A DNA stretch of 63,416 nt, the filler included, from Ministeria vibrans ATCC 50519 (taxonomy: Eukaryota; Protista; Filasterea): the NCBI GenBank assembly GCA_943704425.1. It is 10 parts of 10 records of this genome, joined end to end, with 100 filler letters (N's around TTAATTAATTAA, not from the genome) between each part and the next. Parts side by side here need not be neighbours in the genome. Positions count along the whole stretch, not along the records: positions 61,208 to 63,416 come from CALSCP010000666.1; 9 more parts are not named here. One strand, given 5' to 3'. Both the position numbers and the translations under genes were made by a program. The notes below the pieces were generated by a model that ran no database searches, had not been told where the DNA came from, and saw only the letters and a program-made list of their open reading frames with translations. The number at the start of each line of letters is the position of its first letter. The stretch's first letter is position 1. This document shows positions 61,490 to 63,416 of this stretch, piece after piece.

Positions 61490-63098
61490 GGACTTTGCGC
61501 CGAAGTGTGCGGTGCACTTGACAGGATCAAGTCGGATGATGCGACGCAGTTGGCGAAACTTCTGCGGAGCATGCGCATGCAAGCGGGTCTCAGCATTCAC
61601 GATGCCCTGGCCACTGGTAACTTCCCGTCCAAGGCGACGCCGTCTGGCGAGGGGGCTGCCGCACCATCCGAGAAGAAGAAGGAAGATGCTGCGCCTGTGG
61701 CGGCTGCGGTGACGGCGGTTGCAGCAACAACAGCAGCCGCTGTGGCGACCACTGCGGCTGTAACCGAAAGCAAGTCGGAGGCTGAGTCTGCCAAGAAGGC
61801 AGCCGAGGCAACGTCCGCTGCTGCGACCACCACCGCTACCCCCACCACTACTACCCCCACCACTACCACTCCAACCACTACAGAACCGGCCAAAGAAGCG
61901 GCAGCAGCGGCCTCAGCCGCAGCGCCTGCCGCAGCAGCAGCAACAGCTGCCTCTACATCCGCACCGGCCGCGAGCGACGGTAAGTCGGCTGTATCCGTGG
62001 CTGTTCCTTCCGACGGCGTTGTGGTGCGTGAGGTGAACAAGGCAGGCAAGCCTCTGGGCGCGACCATCACACAACGCGACGGCAAAATCTACGTCGCACG
62101 TGTCATCACAGGCGGCGCCGCCTTCAAATCGCAAGCACTCCACGCCGAAGACCAGATTCTCGCCATCAATGGCATTGATCTGTCGCGCAAGTCGGCCGAG
62201 GAGGTTGTCAACATCCTCAAGACCGCCGAGGGCACCATCAAGTTCAAGCTCAAGCTGTCCACTGCCGCCATTGCCGCTCTCAAGACACCCGGCAAGCCTG
62301 TCATCAAAAAGGTACTACTGACTCTCCTTTTCTTTGCCGCGTGTCTGCTCATCCATCACTAACATGCCTTTTTCTGTAGCGATATGTCATGCCCATGTTC
62401 ATGTACAACCCTGGTCGCGATGAGTTCTGTCCATGTCCTCAGGCGGGTCTTGCCTTCAAGCGACGACAGGTTCTGAAGATCATTGACGACTCCGACACCG
62501 ACTGGTGGCAGGCACAGCTCGACACGACCCGTCTGGTTGGTCTTGTGCCGTCGCCTCGCATGCAAGAACGTCGTCCTGCTGCTCGTGCTGCCGCTCTCTC
62601 TGCCCAACAGCAGAAAATTGAACACGATGCGGTAAATACAATTTGTGAAAGAGAGAGACTGGGAGTGAGAACTCACTCTTCTGTGTGCTATTAGGCGAAG
62701 AAGCGTAAGAGTCTGATCAAGCGACTGACCTCGCGCAAGTCATCCAAGCGCAGTGCGACGCAAATGGCTGCCGCTCAGATTGAAGCAGAGGTGCTCAAGA
62801 AGTCGCCGGCAACGGAAGACCCGTACGTGGAGGTGCGCAAGGAGAAGCCTCAGGCGGGCCAGAAGCGTCCTTTGGTACGTCTCATTGTTGAGTGGTTGTA
62901 TGTGTTATGTGTGCGAGAGAGAGACAGACAGACAGAGAGACAGAGTTTGTGTATGTGTCTGTTTTTTATGTGTTGTGTTCTGATTGGATATTTACGCTTT
63001 TTCAGGTTCTTGTGGGTGCGAGTCAGATTAGTGGAAGGAATGAGTTGAAGCAGAAGCTTGTCTCAGACTACCCTTCGCGCTTTGGTGTCACTGTGCCT
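61490..63098 (+). CDS. MPP/p55-subfamily MAGUK (PDZ-SH3-HOOK-GuK), partial
   Basis: PDZ KAGKPLGATI..YVARVITGGAA..DQILAING; SH3 MFMYNPGRDEFCPCPQAGLAFKRRQVLKII..DTDWWQA; GuK start PYVEV..KRPL|VLVGAS..GRNELKQKL..RFGVTVP. Confidence 0.9.
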
Positions 63099-63331
63099 CG
63101 TAAGTTGTCAATTAAAATGAATAGCGAACGTAGCACGCGTGCTGTTCTGTTCCGTCTAAAATTACTCAACATGACACTTCTCCCGTTCTCTCCTATCACT
63201 TTCTTTCTTTCTCCTCTCTCTCTATCACTTTCTTTCTTTCTGCTTTCTCTCTCTATCACTTTGTTTCTTTCTCCTTTCTCTCTCTATCACTTTGTTTCTT
63301 TCTCCTTTCTCCCTCTATCACTTTGTTTCTT

Positions 63332-63416
<85 letters not shown>

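Overview
Eukaryotic, intron-rich DNA, not prokaryotic. Ten short contigs are concatenated by artificial N44-TTAATTAATTAA-N44 spacers, so adjacency across spacers means nothing. Gene content (CSL/RBPJ, MPP-type MAGUK, cadherin, FHOD-type GBD/FH3, animal-type ISPD, LRRC23, roadblock, PHP histidinol-phosphatase, SepSecS) suggests a flagellated unicellular holozoan such as a choanoflagellate; this is inference. Recognisable genes are importin-alpha (3' end), RAD51D, a formin (3' end), SLC35F6, LRRC23, DYNLRB, MCM9, glucosidase II alpha (3' half), HTATSF1, ERCC6L/PICH, CSL, SepSecS, GFM2, LYRM7, GGPS1, a PWWP protein and a MAGUK. There are also hAT, non-LTR and PIF1/Helitron-like remnants and several satellites. 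The best candidate for a new system is at 26694-29771 (-): a multi-exon gene in which an animal-type ISPD/CRPPA cytidylyltransferase is spliced in frame to a complete SDR reductase with intact motifs. It is a putative one-polypeptide CDP-ribitol pathway like bacterial Bcs1, whereas the animal ISPD C-terminal domain is degenerate. Other unusual proteins are FHOD-type GBD/FH3 fused to WD40 instead of FH1-FH2, a RING-TRAF zinc finger-BTB-pentapeptide protein, and a small intron-containing HNH-like protein. Several apparent chimeras (myosin/GH31, TBC/cadherin, head-on gene halves) sit on homopolymer or microsatellite tracts and are probably assembly or amplification artefacts. Gene models were spliced by eye and homology calls come from remembered family motifs, not database searches.
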